Translations under genes and position numbers: made by a program
Notes under the pieces: generated by a model
The model's input: only the letters and a program-made list of their open reading frames with translations
The model's database searches: none
What the model was told of the DNA's origin: nothing
Assembly (NCBI RefSeq): GCF_026571515.1
Contig: NW_026866837.1
Coordinates: forward strand, 1-64,000
Direction of reading: 5' to 3'
DNA from: Ruditapes philippinarum
Taxonomy: Eukaryota
DNA length: 64,000 nt
Part shown: piece after piece, positions 37,481 to 52,700 of the stretch
How the letters are laid out: each line of letters opens with the position of its first letter
How positions within the stretch are numbered: position 1 is the first letter of the stretch

Positions 37481-39347
37481 ACAAGAGGGCCATGATGGCC
37501 CTGAGGTTGCTCACCTGTATAAAGGCACCCGGAGCGGGGCCAGTTTAAACCCAAGGGCTTTTATTTGAACAAACTTGGAAGACACCCATTAGAAGATGTT
37601 TCACAATGTTAAGTTTTTACTACACACATATAATAAAAAAAAGATCTACCCCTCCCCCACCCCCCCCCCCGGCCAATTTTAACCCAAGGGCTTTCATTTG
37701 AACAAACTTGGTAGACACCCATAAGAAGATGTTTCATGCTAAACATCTAAGCTCTAGCTCATTGGGTTTTTTTAAAGAAGATTTTTTTAATTTTTCACTA
37801 GACACTTGTAGTTAAAACCAATGACACCCCTGGGGCGGGGCCAATTTTGACCCCAGGGCTTTTATTTGAACAAACTTTGTAGACAATTACTAGAAGATGT
37901 TTCATGCTTAATATCTAAACTCTAGCTATTTGGGTTTTTTCAAAGAAGATTTTTAAGTTTTTGCTATACAAATATAAGGAAAATCAATAACACCCGGGGC
38001 GGGGCCAATTTTAACTCCAGGGCTTTTATTTGAACAAACTTTGTAGACACTCACTAGAAGATGTTTCATGCTTAATATCTAAACTCCAGCTATTTGGGTT
38101 TTTTCAAAGAAGATTTTTTAAGTTTTTGCTATATACATATAAGGAAAATCAATGACCCCCGGGGCGGGGCCAATTTTGACCCCAGGGCTTTTATTTGAAC
38201 AAACTTGGTAGACACCAATTAGAACATGTTTCATGCTAAATATCTTAGCTCTAGCTCTTTGAGTTCTTTAAAAGAAGATTTTTTAAGTTTTTACTATATG
38301 CATATAGGGAAAATCAATGACCCCCTGGGGCGGGGCCAATTTTGACCCCAGGGCTTTTATTTGAACAAACTTGGTAGACACTTATTAGAATATGTTTCAT
38401 GCTAAATATCTTAGCTCTAGCTCTTTGGGTTCTTTAAAAGAAGATTTTTTAAGTTTTTACTATATGCATATAGGGAAAATCAAAGACCCCCTGGGGGGGC
38501 CAATTTTGACCCAAGGGCTTTTATTTGAACAAACTTGGTAGACACTCACTAGAAGATGTTTCATGCTTAATATCTAAACTCTAGCTTTTTGGGTTTTTTC
38601 AAAGAAGTTTTTTAAGTTTTTGCTATACACATAGAAGGAAAATCAATGCCCCCCTGGGCGGGGCCAATTTTGACCCCAGGGCTTTAATTTGAACAAACTT
38701 GGTAGACACCCATTAGAACATGTTTCATGCTAAAGATCTTAGCTCAAGCTCTTTGAGTTCTTTAAAAGAAGATTTTTTAAGTTTTTACTATATGCATATA
38801 GGGAAATCAATGACACCCTGGGGCGGGGCCAATTTTGACCCCAGGGCTTTTATTTGAACAAACTTGGTAGACACTCATTAGAAGATGTTTCATGCCAAAT
38901 ATCTTAGCTCTAGCTCTTTGGGTTCTTTAAAAGAAGATATTTTAAGTTTTTACTATATGCATATAGGGAAAATCAAAGACCCCCTGGGGCGGGGCCAATT
39001 TTGACCCCAGGGCTTTTATTTGAACAAACTTGGTAGACACTAATAAGAAGATGTTTCATGCCAAATATCTAAGCTCTACCTCTTTGGTTTTTTTAAAAGC
39101 AGATATTTAAAGTTTTTTCTTTCGGTTGCCATGGCAACCAGAGTTCTGCATGGAATTAAATTCTTCGAACAATTTTTAAAGGTGACCACCAAAGGAACAT
39201 TCCTGCGAAGTTTGGATGAAATTGGCTTAGCGGTTTATGAGGAGATGTCATTTAAAGTAAAAGTTTACAGACGGACGGACGCCAGACGGACGCCGCACGA
39301 AAAGCGATCACAAAAGCTCACCCTGTCACTTTGTGACAGGTGAGCTA
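37481..39347. mobile_element. HINE/DINE-like element with about 165-bp tandem array (about 9-10 units)
   Basis: ACAAGAGGGCCATGATGGCCCT hairpin, subterminal GCTCACCTG/CAGGTGAGC inverted repeat, (GACG)n microsatellite, terminal hairpin AGCTCACCCTGTCAC-TTT-GTGACAGGTGAGCT. Confidence 0.85.
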
Positions 39348-40729
39348 AAAATCATAAAGATATTTATATACATTCTGTTTTGAAGTAACTTTCTATGAAT
39401 TATGCCGAACATGAGTATTTATAGCACACAGGATATTTAAATGTGCCCTTCACAAATAAGCGAGCGATCATATCAAGTTACACATACATGGGATATGCAG
39501 GGACATGCTCTTAGATAAATGACTTCTAATGACCATCTACACGACCTTGAAATAACCTTTACATGTACAAATCTATACATTTGTAAATTTACAATCTAAT
39601 TTCTATGTCTATGTATACATTAAAAGTAGGACTACATTGCACTCATTTTATTTAAACTAAATGTATGTAAGCTACATTATATTTACAATAGTTCACATAT
39701 ATACATATATAAATTATCTCATATAAAGTACTGCACAATACAATTTTCTATTTTTTTGTTGATGTCGCCAATTAAGTTCCAATTAAGAATAAGCGTCAAA
39801 CTTTTGGATGAGAAAAAAATATACTTAATACAAGTGCTTTGAATAATCCAGAAAAAAGTTCTGCAAATTGCAGAAAAAAAAAAGAAGAAAAAATTTGCTC
39901 CATAAACGATAATTATCATAGCTTTGTGAATATACATATATTCATGTATATCAATATTAATGATAGGCCATTTAGCAGAGGAAGTACATACTTCAAACAG
40001 CATATTCTTGGTTACAGCTTTAGTGTGAATATTTCATAATTATACACTTTTGAAAAAATACATAATTCCAACAGTGTTGAGAAAACTCACAGAAAAATTC
40101 TGCTGATGAAGTTACATTACAAAAGCCAACTTTATATCAAATTTTGAAGTAGAAATCCATGTAAACAATTTATTTTTAACATACACAGCCTTAGCTAACC
40201 AACTCAAATTAACAAAAGCACCTCTTTAAGCCACAAAAAAGCATTAAATCATTATCTTTGGACATAAAGATGTATATATATATATATAAAAATAAAAAAC
40301 CAACACTTTTTGTTTCTCCATTTCAAACTTAATACAACTATACCTCTATCTGACATAGACTAGCTATCTTATTATTTCAAACAGGATGTTGTCCCCCCAA
40401 CGCCTTTCAAACACCCCCAACCTAAAAAAAAACAAACCAAAAACAAAAACAACCTTTGCTAGATAAATAAGATACTAAGTGTCAGATATTTAAGCCATTT
40501 AGCATACTGAGATTGCACAGTCATCTGCACCAACAAACTACACAATACATGTACATACAAAAATGAAGTCCATACACATATCTACACTTTACTGTATATC
40601 ACTAATTGTATTGATTTAATGAAAACAACTTGTAACTCCCTGTTTTGAAAGCATTTAGTGTGTCATCACAGAAACCATGGTTTGTAGACATCACTTTTAA
40701 TTTGTTATTTCTAATATAAAAACAATCTA

Positions 40730-41431
40730 TCAATCGGCGAAGCCATTTTTCTTTGATGGCGGTACCAGGTGTTCTGGAAGTTCATTTGGTAAATCATGTC
40801 CTTCTAATTTTATTTGAATCAGATGATTGGCTAACGCCCATTCATCAGTGTCTAACTGTCCATCTCTATCCACGTCAGCTAACTTCCAAATCTTACCAAG
40901 AACAGAATTTGGCAGTTTGGATTTTACCATTTCAGCTTTTGCTGCAGCGCCTGTTATTTTGCCATTTATTGGGTTTAGTTTAGTAAACACGTCATCATAT
41001 TTGTACTTATCCTGTCCAACGATCCATTCATGTTCGCCCTTTCCAGCGTCTGTCCCTTCCCCTCGTCCAAACCCAAATGGACTCTCATTGTAAGCCTCAA
41101 AAGCACCTCCTTCTACATTTGGTCTCTCATTCTGCATGTTTTGGTCTTCTAGTGGAATCATTTCCATCAACCTTGCAATATCTGTTGCCAACATTTTATC
41201 AACAGTTTCAATCAATTTCGGCCGTAGTTGATGAAATTTGGTGAAATCTTCGGACTGCAGTTGCTCTTGCATACGCTTCAGATTTGGGAAATCTCCTCTC
41301 GAGATTCCGTGCTCTTTTTCAAGCATAGTGTATGTTTCGCCCAGTTGCTTGATCAATTCTTTCTTCTTTGAATCTTTTCCAAACATGGAAGGCATGTCTT
41401 TCTTCAGAGCACTGATGATATAGGCATGAAC
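40730..41431 (-). CDS. EHD1: EH domain-containing protein, coding exon 2 (helical region + EH domain); spliced protein 538 aa
   Basis: Acceptor tactttcAG|GTTCAT gives VHAYIISALKKDMPSMFGK; EH domain KLPNSVLGKIWKLADVDRDGQLD; C-terminal LPEHLVPPSK. Confidence 0.95.
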   Translation of the reverse strand, partial: VHAYIISALKKDMPSMFGKDSKKKELIKQLGETYTMLEKEHGISRGDFPNLKRMQEQLQSEDFTKFHQLRPKLIETVDKMLATDIARLMEMIPLEDQNMQNERPNVEGGAFEAYNESPFGFGRGEGTDAGKGEHEWIVGQDKYKYDDVFTKLNPINGKITGAAAKAEMVKSKLPNSVLGKIWKLADVDRDGQLDTDEWALANHLIQIKLEGHDLPNELPEHLVPPSKKNGFAD

Positions 41432-44400
41432 CTGAAAGTAAATATAACATATGTATGAATTTTACCACAGTTAAATCGTCGTTATAAACATCTTACCTGT
41501 TGTATTTTAAGCAACACAAGTGCAATTATACTGTCACAAAGCATTGTTGTATCTTAGCATTTGATATACAAATTATATACAGTAATTTATTATAATACAA
41601 GTTATTTATTATTATATATTATTTCTCTCTCATTTCTATTTTACATATGTTCTGAAAATGTTTATTTTCTACTTAAAGATTGAAGGGCAACATTTTGCAT
41701 CATAATTAGTTTTAATTTTATTCAGAGCCATTATGCACGATTTTAAGTAATGTCAGGCTCCAAATATAATCGATAATAATTTACATGTACATAACTAAAT
41801 ATATATAGGTACATGTAGATATCTTTATTCACTTGATTATAATAAAATACTCATGGGAAATTAAGAATCCTCTTAATAAAAATGAACAAAGCCAGGCCAG
41901 CTTGTACATACATGTGTAAAATTAATGTATACAAAGACTGTATGACCAAACCTTACATCTGACCAGTACAATTGGGTTACTCTGAGAAAAATGCAAGAAA
42001 ATTCTTTAAAAGTTCATAAATAACAAAATTACAGGCTGATTCTGGTAATTTTACCACCAATTCTGATAAGTGGAGTGACTTAGTAGCAGTGTACATTGAT
42101 TAAAACCCTTACCACACAAAATATCTTTATAAATTGACTTATCCATCATAAAATCTAGACAAAACCATAATAATTTTCAGTGAAATCTTTCAAAATATGT
42201 ACTGACTACATGTATAGTGAACACTATTGACTCTCAATAATCAGAGGGTATGGACACAACAGCTGATCTTGGTCTGCACTGCTACTGGTCTGACACTTGG
42301 TTAGAATCAGCTGCCGCCACCAGGCTTAAGTTTAATTTCCTTAAATCAACCAAAACCAAAACAGGGCAAAAGTCAATTACACAAAGTTCATATGGTAACA
42401 GTTCAGCTCATTATGTAATCATAATATTGCATGCTGGCATACTTCAAGGTGAGTTGACCCTTTGTACTTTGAAAGATAGACAATTTTGTAATCAAATAAG
42501 TGAACTTTTATAGCAACAAAACCACAATCTTCTTCTTGTTACAACTTTTTTGCCAATAAAACTCAAATACATGAAAAGTAACTACATTTTGTAACCTTTG
42601 TATCAGAACAGTTGTTGCATTTCAAGCTATTAAAATATCAAACTTAAATATTTGATATTTAGGATGGGTAAATTCTAGAAAATCAGGAGTATTTATTTGA
42701 TGAACATTGAGTATAATACAATGGAATAAATGACCTTGACCTATGTCATCCCACAAACCCCTTTGCTAACAATTATTGATATATTTGTACTTTTAATTAT
42801 TATCTTTCATCTTTTCCAAATTATAAAGCTTGATGCAAATCCTGAAAACTACACTGATCAGTACTTTAATCAAATTAGGAAAACTGATCAATTTATTCAA
42901 CAATTAATCGTTTAAAATCAAATGTCATTAAACATCCACCTATTGTAAACAGACTGGCAGTTAATAATAGGGAGAGGTAAGATTACTTGTGTCCTACAAT
43001 GTCAAACTTGTAATTAGTGATAATAGGGCGTTGTTATCAGATAAGATTGTTGCCACGACACACAACGAAAAACAACATTACAATTTACTGCATGATAATG
43101 AATCACATTTAGAATCGTATGACCTGATCAATAATATTGTTCTGAAAACATCTTTCCTGTATTCATGTAGGGTATATAAATATATATACATAGCTTTTAC
43201 ACCCAATCAATATAGTTATAAAGTGCTTTATACTAGTATATGTAGCAGTAGTTGTAGTTGTCCTAAAAAATTAATCTAGAATTTGATTTATTCCATGTAA
43301 ATTTCAGTAAGGACCATAATTTATTGGCTTTTTCAAATCTGAACAGGGTAACAAAAAAAACCAACACTTTTTTCTCTGCATATTCTCCTTCAAGGACAGT
43401 TTTACATGTATGATTTAATTATTAATGTTTGTATGTATAATATGCAACTAGGGTTCATTTTAAACTTGGCAGTCCTGATGATAAGGGTATATTACCTTAA
43501 TATATTAACTTGATTTAGATTTTATTTACATTTTAATACCTTGTGTTTTGTACTTGCTCACCAGTTATTTGAATAATGTATTGTCCAGAGTTATTGTAAG
43601 CGCTTCTTAAATGAAAATAATAAAATTAAGTGGCCAACAAAATAAAGAACCTTCAGACTTATACAGGTTCGACTGACTATATTGGTGCCTACATAAAGCC
43701 TATCATTGCATTATCTTGGCCAAACAAAATCAAGTCTTTGTATAAATTGTCTAAAACTTTTATAAGCTTATTTCAATATTCCATTGGACTAAATGGTTTA
43801 TATTCATAAGCTTTTGAGGATGCTGCAAAATATCCTAAAGATACAACTCTGCTATTTCTGATGGATTATTTCTGTCATGTAGGCAAGTGTTCCTTGTACC
43901 ATACTGTATTAAACCTTCTATTATTTATGATATTACACCTGTTGCAGGCTGTCCAGCAATTACACACCTACCATAACTCTTAGTGCCATGACTATGTACA
44001 TGTATATATATCACTTTGATAAGGCAATACAATAGATTACAAAATAATTTAATTGAATTATATTATCTCAGACACAAATGAAGCACCTAAACACTTACAG
44101 TACCATAATGCATAATGCTTAAACAGGAAAACACTATCTGTCCTAATATCAAGTTTGAAATCAAATTAAAAAGTTAAACTCCTATATGGTCAAATAACCT
44201 AATGGGTAATGGTTTTAGAAAAAATAATTATTGCAAATCATGCCTGCATTGGTTTTTAAAGTGTTTTTTTTTTACATAAAGTTGAAAATGAAGAAAGCTT
44301 TTAGCTTGTGAGTCCACTTTCATGATGAACTAATATGGTCTCAGTTACACTCAAAGTCAAACTCTGAGAGACAGTCATCTTGACCATAAGACCAATATTC

Positions 44401-45337
44401 CCATGTATTGACTTAAAGTTTACATGTAGAAGCTTGACTGTAAGAGGTATAATAAATTTACTCCGCAAATATCTAATTCAGTTATTATAATGAAAAAAAA
44501 ACCCAACTTGTTTTACAAATAGTTACAACTGGAATGTTGAGGTTGACAAACATGGGATGCTTCACTGCTTGTGTTACTTAAGTTAAAGGATACCAAAACA
44601 AAATATGTTTAATATCTATTTTATGTTATTTTAAATGTTGAAATGCATATTAACATCATTTTACCGGTACAGAAAACTATTTTCGTTTCACTTACTTTCA
44701 AAGTACAGAAATTGAATGTCTATGAAAATGAAACCTACATATAATTTGTACAATCATTTTATCAAAATATAGGTAGTAACTACAGGCTTGCACCCAAGAG
44801 GTCAGGATCCTCAACTATAACATTAGATTGATTGGCACACACAAGCATGCCTGGGCTTATTTCAAATCTGATCAATAGTACTGTACTACAATATATTTTA
44901 AATGATAAATCATATTATATTTCCCAGTGTTTTTGTTATTACACCCAACAGGTTCAAAGTTGGTTTATATACAATATACATATTTGAAGCCACAGTGGAA
45001 AGTCAGTTATATGGCAGACCCCCCAATGCTAGGGAAAATAGATATGTATATTAAACTTTAAATGGAAAAGTCACTTGTACTACATTACTGTATGAATATC
45101 ATATAATACTATATAGATATTTGTTTACAAAGTACAGAATTTGATACAGGAATTCAAAATATTTATAGCTGTTTTTGGCAATGACAAGATATTTGCTGTT
45201 TACTTACTTTACTTACTAAACTATAAATAAAGCTGGTATCTTTAAGGTGTGGTAAGCGTATGTAAGAACTTATGAAATACTTTTGATGACAAATTAAGAT
45301 AAATACATGTAAGAACCATGAGGACATGGTGACTAAC

Positions 45338-45569
45338 AAATAAGCCGCGTCACGACAAAACCAACATAATGGGTTTGCGACCAGCATGGATCCAGACCAG
45401 CATGCAGTCTGATCAGGATCCATGCTGTTGGCTTACAAACCCTATAACACGTAGAGAAACTGATAGCGAACAGCATGGATCCTGATAAGACTGCGCGAAT
45501 GCGCAGGCTCGTCTGGATCCATGCTGGTCGCAAACCATAGTGTTGGTTTTGTCATGACGCGGCTCAAAT
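45338..45569. mobile_element. Palindromic MITE family A (in EHD intron)
   Basis: Same termini and core as 3847-4076. Confidence 0.9.
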
Positions 45570-47286
45570 AACTATATTATGAATTATGTCTTTAGATAAT
45601 ATTGTTATACTATGTGGACAAACTATATTAAAATTCAGGAGTCAAATTACCATAATACACATTATAGTGACAAAACAGTTTTTAATAGGTCAGGAAAACA
45701 GTTTAACATATATAATTTTTTTAGTCCAAAGATGGAGCTTCATTAGAAGTTAACTTAATTTAAGTAAACTTTTAGTCATCTCCTTTTTTCAATTAAAAAA
45801 ATGGCCTAGAGGTTTCATAAAAATTTCATAATTATCTTCATATTACAATCAGCTTTCCAGATAAATAAAAAAAATTGGATAAAACTAAAAGAAATAATAT
45901 AACTGTGAATTTTATTTTTACGACAACATTCTTTAAACCTTTCATCAGCTGGAACCAAAATTGATTAGCCATTGCCACCCATACAAGGCAAGGCCAACCT
46001 GGACACAAGTGCAGCAGTGCAGCATAATCTAGTTATTTACAGTTGGTAGCTTAATTTTTATATTTTTGATATTGAAATTCCAGAAACGTTGAATGGACTG
46101 TTCCAAACCAAAAACTGGGTAAATCCATTGCATAAAAATTCAGCAGGTTTTGATATAATGCGACAAGATCAATTCTGATAATCAATTACAAAATCACATG
46201 AATCTTCTTATGTTGCAAAAACTGTGTAATCAGGAAGTACAAAATGTCAAGATTTCTTCTTAACAATCGCTTGATGGAGGTCAAAACAATTATCCATTAT
46301 TATAACATCTATAGGTCTTATTTTAAGTGGTAAAATGATCTTAAGATGCACACACCTTCAAGGTTTAAAGGTTCTTCATGTTCTTGAAAAAACTTTTTGC
46401 TGAAGAAATATTGAATGTATGTAAAAATTGGTCTTTATTTCAATAAATATTTTAGTTTTTTGTCACATCCTTAAAGTGCTTGTTATTTTAAAATATCACA
46501 TTGTTAATAATATTTTGCCAACAAGGAAGAATAATATGATATATGACATTGATTTAACATGCCCTGAGAATTTATTAACCTATCGTTTGTGACATTTATC
46601 ATGATTTATGTCTGTATATTTTTGTCATGATTTACAGCCATATCCTATCTATTCCAACAATAATCTTACTAAAAAAATGAAAAATTCTTTTTAAATAAGA
46701 AGTATAAATACTAAAGTTTGAACATTCTTTTAGGCTGATTTAGATCACCCTATTCAAAATCTTACAGGGCTTTTTTCCTTCTCTAGCCCAGGCTGTTTAA
46801 AGTAATTATACATGTATGTAAATGTAGGCCTGTTTCCCTCTGGAAACTTCTTTAAAATCACACAGTTTTCCCCTTAAACTCAGTTAATTCAAGTTTTTTT
46901 CCCCTTTTGCATTACTTCCAAGCCATTTTCCCCAAAATTTAAGGGAAGGTCCCCTTATGGTCTGCCTTATTCAAGTTACTGTTTTGAAGTAATTTGCAAT
47001 GTAATTCATCATATATATTTAAACTGAAGGAAGTTATCTTGAGGGTAACAGGCCACCAAGAATTAACAGTGAATGCTTTACAACTAAAATAAAATAAAAA
47101 TTTATTGAATTTCAGTTTGCATGTCATAATTATATACATGCATCTAATTAAACAGACCAAGTTTATATTAATATATATTCGAATACAATGTACTACTACT
47201 AGTTCTACTACATTAACTGTGAATATAAAGAATTAGAAATAGAAATTAGAAAGTAATTCTAGCCTGGTTACATCTACTATTTATAC

Positions 47287-48201
47287 CTTTGCAAGTCTTG
47301 CCCTCTTAATCAAGTCATTCAGTTTCCGCAATGCCGCATTTCTTGGAAGACTTTGAAGATCACTGAACAAATCTTTTTCTTCCAGCTCAAAGAGTTTTCT
47401 ATTCATATCATGCTGTAAGGGATGGTCCCAGAATGAGCCTATGTAGACCCGTGCAACCTCTGGAGTATTTAAAACTTTGCCTAGTGACCACATTAAGGCA
47501 CCATAAACTCTCATCAACTGTTGATGGTCAACACCATCAGCTTTATTTAAGACTATCCTTATCTTATCATCATATCCTTTAATAGCATCAATAGCACGAT
47601 GGAATTCATCAGATATATCTAACTTGTGTGCATCAAACAAGAGAATAATTCTATCAACTCTTTCCGCAAACCATTCCAAGACACCAGGAAAGTCATATCC
47701 ACGATCGACCCTTTGTTTTTCACCGGACAAAATGCCTGGAGTGTCTACAATAGTGATACTGTCCAATACTTGGTTATGCACTGTAGAACACTGGAACCGG
47801 TTAAGAAACGCATTCCCAAATTTAGTTAATGGTCGGAATTGTTTAGATGGATCTACAACTGCGGCGTTACCTGGAATAACACCGTCCTGATCTCCTCCCA
47901 TTACAGCAATGAACCGGTCAGTTGTTGGTTCTGGACCTATACGTATACCTGGAAAGTCTTGCTCCAAAAGATACCTAATAAAAGTTGTTTTACCAGTGGA
48001 ATACTGACCAATAAGTAAAATCATTGGTTTAGCATCAAAATCGGGATCATCAAGCTTTGGTGAATGGAAATCATGAAATCTGTAAGTTTCTTCTAGTGGA
48101 AGCAACTTTTGTCTATAAATTTTCTTCAAACCTTCAGCCACAGTGTCAAAAACCTCCGGCTCCTTACGACGCTTGTCGTCCCCAGATAACCACCGCAACA
48201 T
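47287..48201 (-). CDS. EHD1: EH domain-containing protein (EHD1/EHD3/PAST1 family), coding exon 1 (dynamin-like G domain)
   Basis: GQYSTGKT P-loop, [24 protein letters not shown]. Ends RARLAK|GTATAA, a phase-0 donor. Paralog assignment is uncertain; likely the single invertebrate EHD ortholog. Confidence 0.95.
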
Positions 48202-48494
48202 CTTGTCTCAAATTAATTCCAACTTTGATAAAAAAAAATAGTATTTGACAGTTTTGTGTAGTTGGGAGTGTACACGACTCACTCACAACCGGAAATCATT
48301 CGACATTAAATGCGCAGATGCAGTAACCTTTTATTTGACCTTTTCTAAATATAGAAACGTGTCACTGACGTAAAGTAATGTTTTGATTGCAGATCTGCAC
48401 AGCTGAGCAACCAGAAATATCTTTAAATTTACTAAAATAAATCGTTTTCTTCGGGTTTTTGCTGGAAATCAGATTGACAGACAGCAGTATAAAG
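48202..48494. promoter_or_regulatory. Putative shared bidirectional promoter of EHD and YPEL5, including probable YPEL5 non-coding first exon
   Basis: Locally CpG-enriched. ACCGGAAA (ETS-like, 48288), TGCGCA (48311), TGACGTAA (CRE-like, 48366), candidate donor AAG|GTTTGT at 48495. The YPEL5 ATG exon is preceded by an acceptor, so an upstream exon is required. Confidence 0.5.
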
Positions 48495-49744
48495 GTTTGT
48501 TTTACGTAAATGCGAATTTCTATTTAACACGTATTGAAATGTTGGGCGGATTTCTTCGTGTTTTCCGTGGTTGGAAAGTGTTGTTGCCTGTTGGTGAAAT
48601 GACATCATAACCTACTTTCTTTGTATGGTGTCACATGTGTTGTTTTTGATTGTATTCACACCTTTATTGTGTGAGTCATGTTCAGAACATCTACTTTATC
48701 AATTCAAATCATTATTAATCTTGTTGAAACTGGATAAGTGAAATGACAATAAAAAACTAATTCAACTTCAAGGTAAAGGTCAAATCTGGTGTTTGTAAAT
48801 AGTACATGAACATGTACATGAATTAATTATAAGCAGCTGAAGATACTATGTGCTTAAGTCAAGCCTTAATCACAGAATGATATTTTTGAATGTTATTTCA
48901 TTGTTTGACTTCAAATAATGCATCCTCAGGTCATACATTGTACATGTACTGTATAATTAGGCTGTTCGCTATAGCCTATACTAGCGTTTGTGTTAGCATA
49001 ATTAATTTAATTAAAGTATAAATTCTTACACCTCAGTGCATGTCCAATAGCACTCAACAGTAAAGAAATAGTTTCAATTCTTATTGTCTAGCCTGTCAGA
49101 TGCCAGTATGATATGCCTACACATATATATGCAGATGGCAGTCATCGAATTTAGCATGTGGCCAGTGAGAATTATTTCGGGCCAGTGAAAATTTAGAGAA
49201 AATTTAGTTAAATATGTAGTAGAATAAATTCAAAACTGGAATTCGGGCTAGTAAAATCAAAATTCATTGACTGAGATGGGTACCCCTTAGCGGTAAGTTA
49301 GCCAGATCGATATTCTACTGTGCAACCTGAATAATTAAATTATTTCAATTCTGAAGTTATGCACTGGCCAATCAGTTTCAACCTAGCCACCTTACAGCTG
49401 TGGATAAGTGGAGACTTTGATTAAGAATTATCAAACCGTTTATAAGAACTCTACTGTGAGGACAGTTAGATACCTAGTCCTGTGGAGAGAGGTAGTAAAA
49501 GTTCCCACAAAATGTCCTTACACTGCTAGTTAGAAATATCTCTGGCTATTTTGGCGCTAAATGAAAGCCTGCATATTGATCATAGATGGAATGAAAAAAA
49601 TTGGCTCAATTCACTTATTCTTCACATCGCCTATTGGGGGGCAATTATTTTTACATTGTTCTTTTTGAGCTCCAAAGCCTCTTGTAACTTGTATGCTTTC
49701 CACTTCCCAGGGATGCTATGGAAAAAAATGCTTTATTCAATAAA

Positions 49745-52700
49745 TAAATGCATCAAACACTCACTCACTACAAAACTAAATAAAACCCTCACTCACTTAA
49801 TATGTACAACAAATCTGGGATCACTCACTATATAACTGCATCAAACACTCACCAACTATATAACTGCATCAAGCACTTACAATAATACTGAATCAAACAC
49901 TCACTAACTCACTATATAACTGCACCAAACACTCACTCACTATATAACTGCATCAAACACTCGCTCACTATATAATTGCATCAAACACTCACTAACTATA
50001 TAACTGCATCAAGTACCCACTCACTATATAATGCATCAAACACTTTAATATTCACAATATAACTGCATCAAACACTCACACACTATATAACTGCATCAAA
50101 CACTCACTCAATATATAACTGCATCAAACACTCACTCACTTTATAAATGCACCAAACACTCACTCACTATATAACTGCATCAAGCACTCACTCATTATAT
50201 AACTGCATCAAACACTCACTCACTATATAATTGCATCAAACACTCACACACTATATAACTGCATCAAACACTCACTCACTATATAATTGCATCAAACACT
50301 CACACACTATATAACTGCATCAAACACTCGCTCACTATATAATTGCATCAAACACTCACACACTATATAACTGCATCAAACACTCACTCACTATATAACT
50401 GCATCAAACACTCACTCTCTATATAACTGCATCAAACACTCACTCGTTATATAACTGCATCAAACACTCACTCACTATATAATTGCATCCAACACTCACA
50501 CACTATATAACTGCATCAAACACTCACTCATTATATAACTGCATCAAACACTCACTCATTATATAACTGCATCAAACACTCACTCACTATATAACTGCAT
50601 CAAACACTCACTCACTATATAATTGCACCAAACACTCACACACTATATAATTGCATCAAACACTCACTCACTTTATAACTGCATCAAACACTCACTCACT
50701 ATATAACTGCATCAAACACTCACCAACTATATAACTGCATCAAACACTTACAATAATACTTAATCAAAAACTCAATCACTATATAACTGCACCAAACACT
50801 CACTCACTATATAACTGCATCAAACACTCACTCACTATATATCTGCATCAAACACTCACTATATAACTGCATCAAGCGTTACTCACTATATAACTGCATC
50901 AAACACTCACTCACTTTATAACTGCACAAAGCACTCATTCACTATATATCTGCATCAAACACTCACTCACTATATAACTGCATCAAACACAGTTAGACTG
51001 AATCAAATACTCACTCACTATATAACTGCATCAAACACTCACTTACTATATAACTGCATCAAACATTCACTCACTAGAATCAATTAAACACTCACTCACA
51101 ATATAGCTGAATTTAATCAAACACTCACTCACTATATAATTGCATCCAACACTCACACACTATATAACTGCATCAAACACTCACTCATTATATAACTGCA
51201 TCAAACACTTATTTACAATATAACTGCATCAAACACTCACTATATAACTGCATCAAACACTTATTTACAATATAACTGCATCAAACACTCACTATATAAC
51301 TGCATCAAACACTTATTCACAATATAACTGCATCAAACACTCACTCACGATATAAATGCATCAAACACTCACTGTATATATAACTGCATCAAACACTCAC
51401 TCACTATATAACTGCATCAAACAGTTATTCACAATATAACTGCATCAAACACTCACTCACTATATAAATGCATCAAACACTCACTGAATATATAGCTGCA
51501 TCAAACACTCACTCACTATATAACTGCATCAAACACTCACTCACTATATAACTGCATCAAACACTCACTCACTATATAACTGCATCAAACACTCACACAC
51601 TATATAACTGCATCAAACACTCACACACTATATAATTGCATCAAACACTCACTCACTATATAACTGCATCAAACACTCACTCACTATATAACTGCATCAA
51701 ACACTCACTCACTATATATCTGCATCAAACACTCACTATATAACTGCATCAAGCGTTACTCACTATATAACTGCATCAAACACTCACTCACTTTATAACT
51801 GCACAAAGCACTCATTCACTATATATCTGCATCAAACACTCACTCACTATATAACTGCATCAAACACAGTTAGACTGAATCAAATACTCACTCACTATAT
51901 AACTGCATCAAACACTCACTTACTATATAACTGCATCAAACATTCACTCACTAGAATCAATTAAACACTCACTCACAATATAGCTGAATTTAATTAAACA
52001 CTCGCTTAATAATTGAAACAAACACTCAATCACTATATAACTGAATCGATCACTCACTCACTATATAACTGAATTAACCACCCACTATTCAATCACCCAC
52101 TCGCTATTTAACTGAAGCAAACACTCACAAACAAACACTTACTTGGTATATAACTGAAACAAACACTCACTCACTATATAATTGAAACAAACACTTGTAT
52201 GAAACTGAAACAAACACTCACTCGCTCTATAACTGAATCAATTACCCACTCACTTTATAATTGAAACAAACACTCAATCACTATATAACTGAATCGATCA
52301 CTCTCTCACTATATAACTGAATTAACCACCCACTATTCAATCACCCACTCGCTATTTAACTGAAGCAAACACTCACAAACAAACACTTACTTGGTATATA
52401 ACTGAAACAAACACTCACTCACTATATAATTGAAACAAACACTTACTTGTATGAAACTGAAACAAACACTCACTCGCTCTATAACTGAATCAATTACCCA
52501 CTCACTTTATAACTGAAACAAACACCCACGGGCTATATAACTGAATTAAACACCCACGGGCTATATAACTGAAACAGACACTCACAGGCTATATAACTGC
52601 AACAAACACTCACTTGTTATATAACTGTAACAAAAACTCACTTGCAGTTCCTATATAACTGAAACAAACACTCACTCGCTATATAACTGAAATAAACACT
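49745..52700. repeat. 28-bp minisatellite array (about 3 kb) upstream of the YPEL5 ATG exon
   Basis: Unit CACTATATAACTGCATCAAACACTCACT; about 100 copies, diverging at the right end. Confidence 0.97.

Noticed and set aside
39131-39343. ORF MATRVLHGIK... (and 60741-61043, 61719-61961)
   Set aside because: Lies within non-coding HINE-like repeat.
49745-52700. CRISPR-like array (28-bp repeat)
   Set aside because: Units are directly tandem with no unique spacers; eukaryotic intron and no cas genes.
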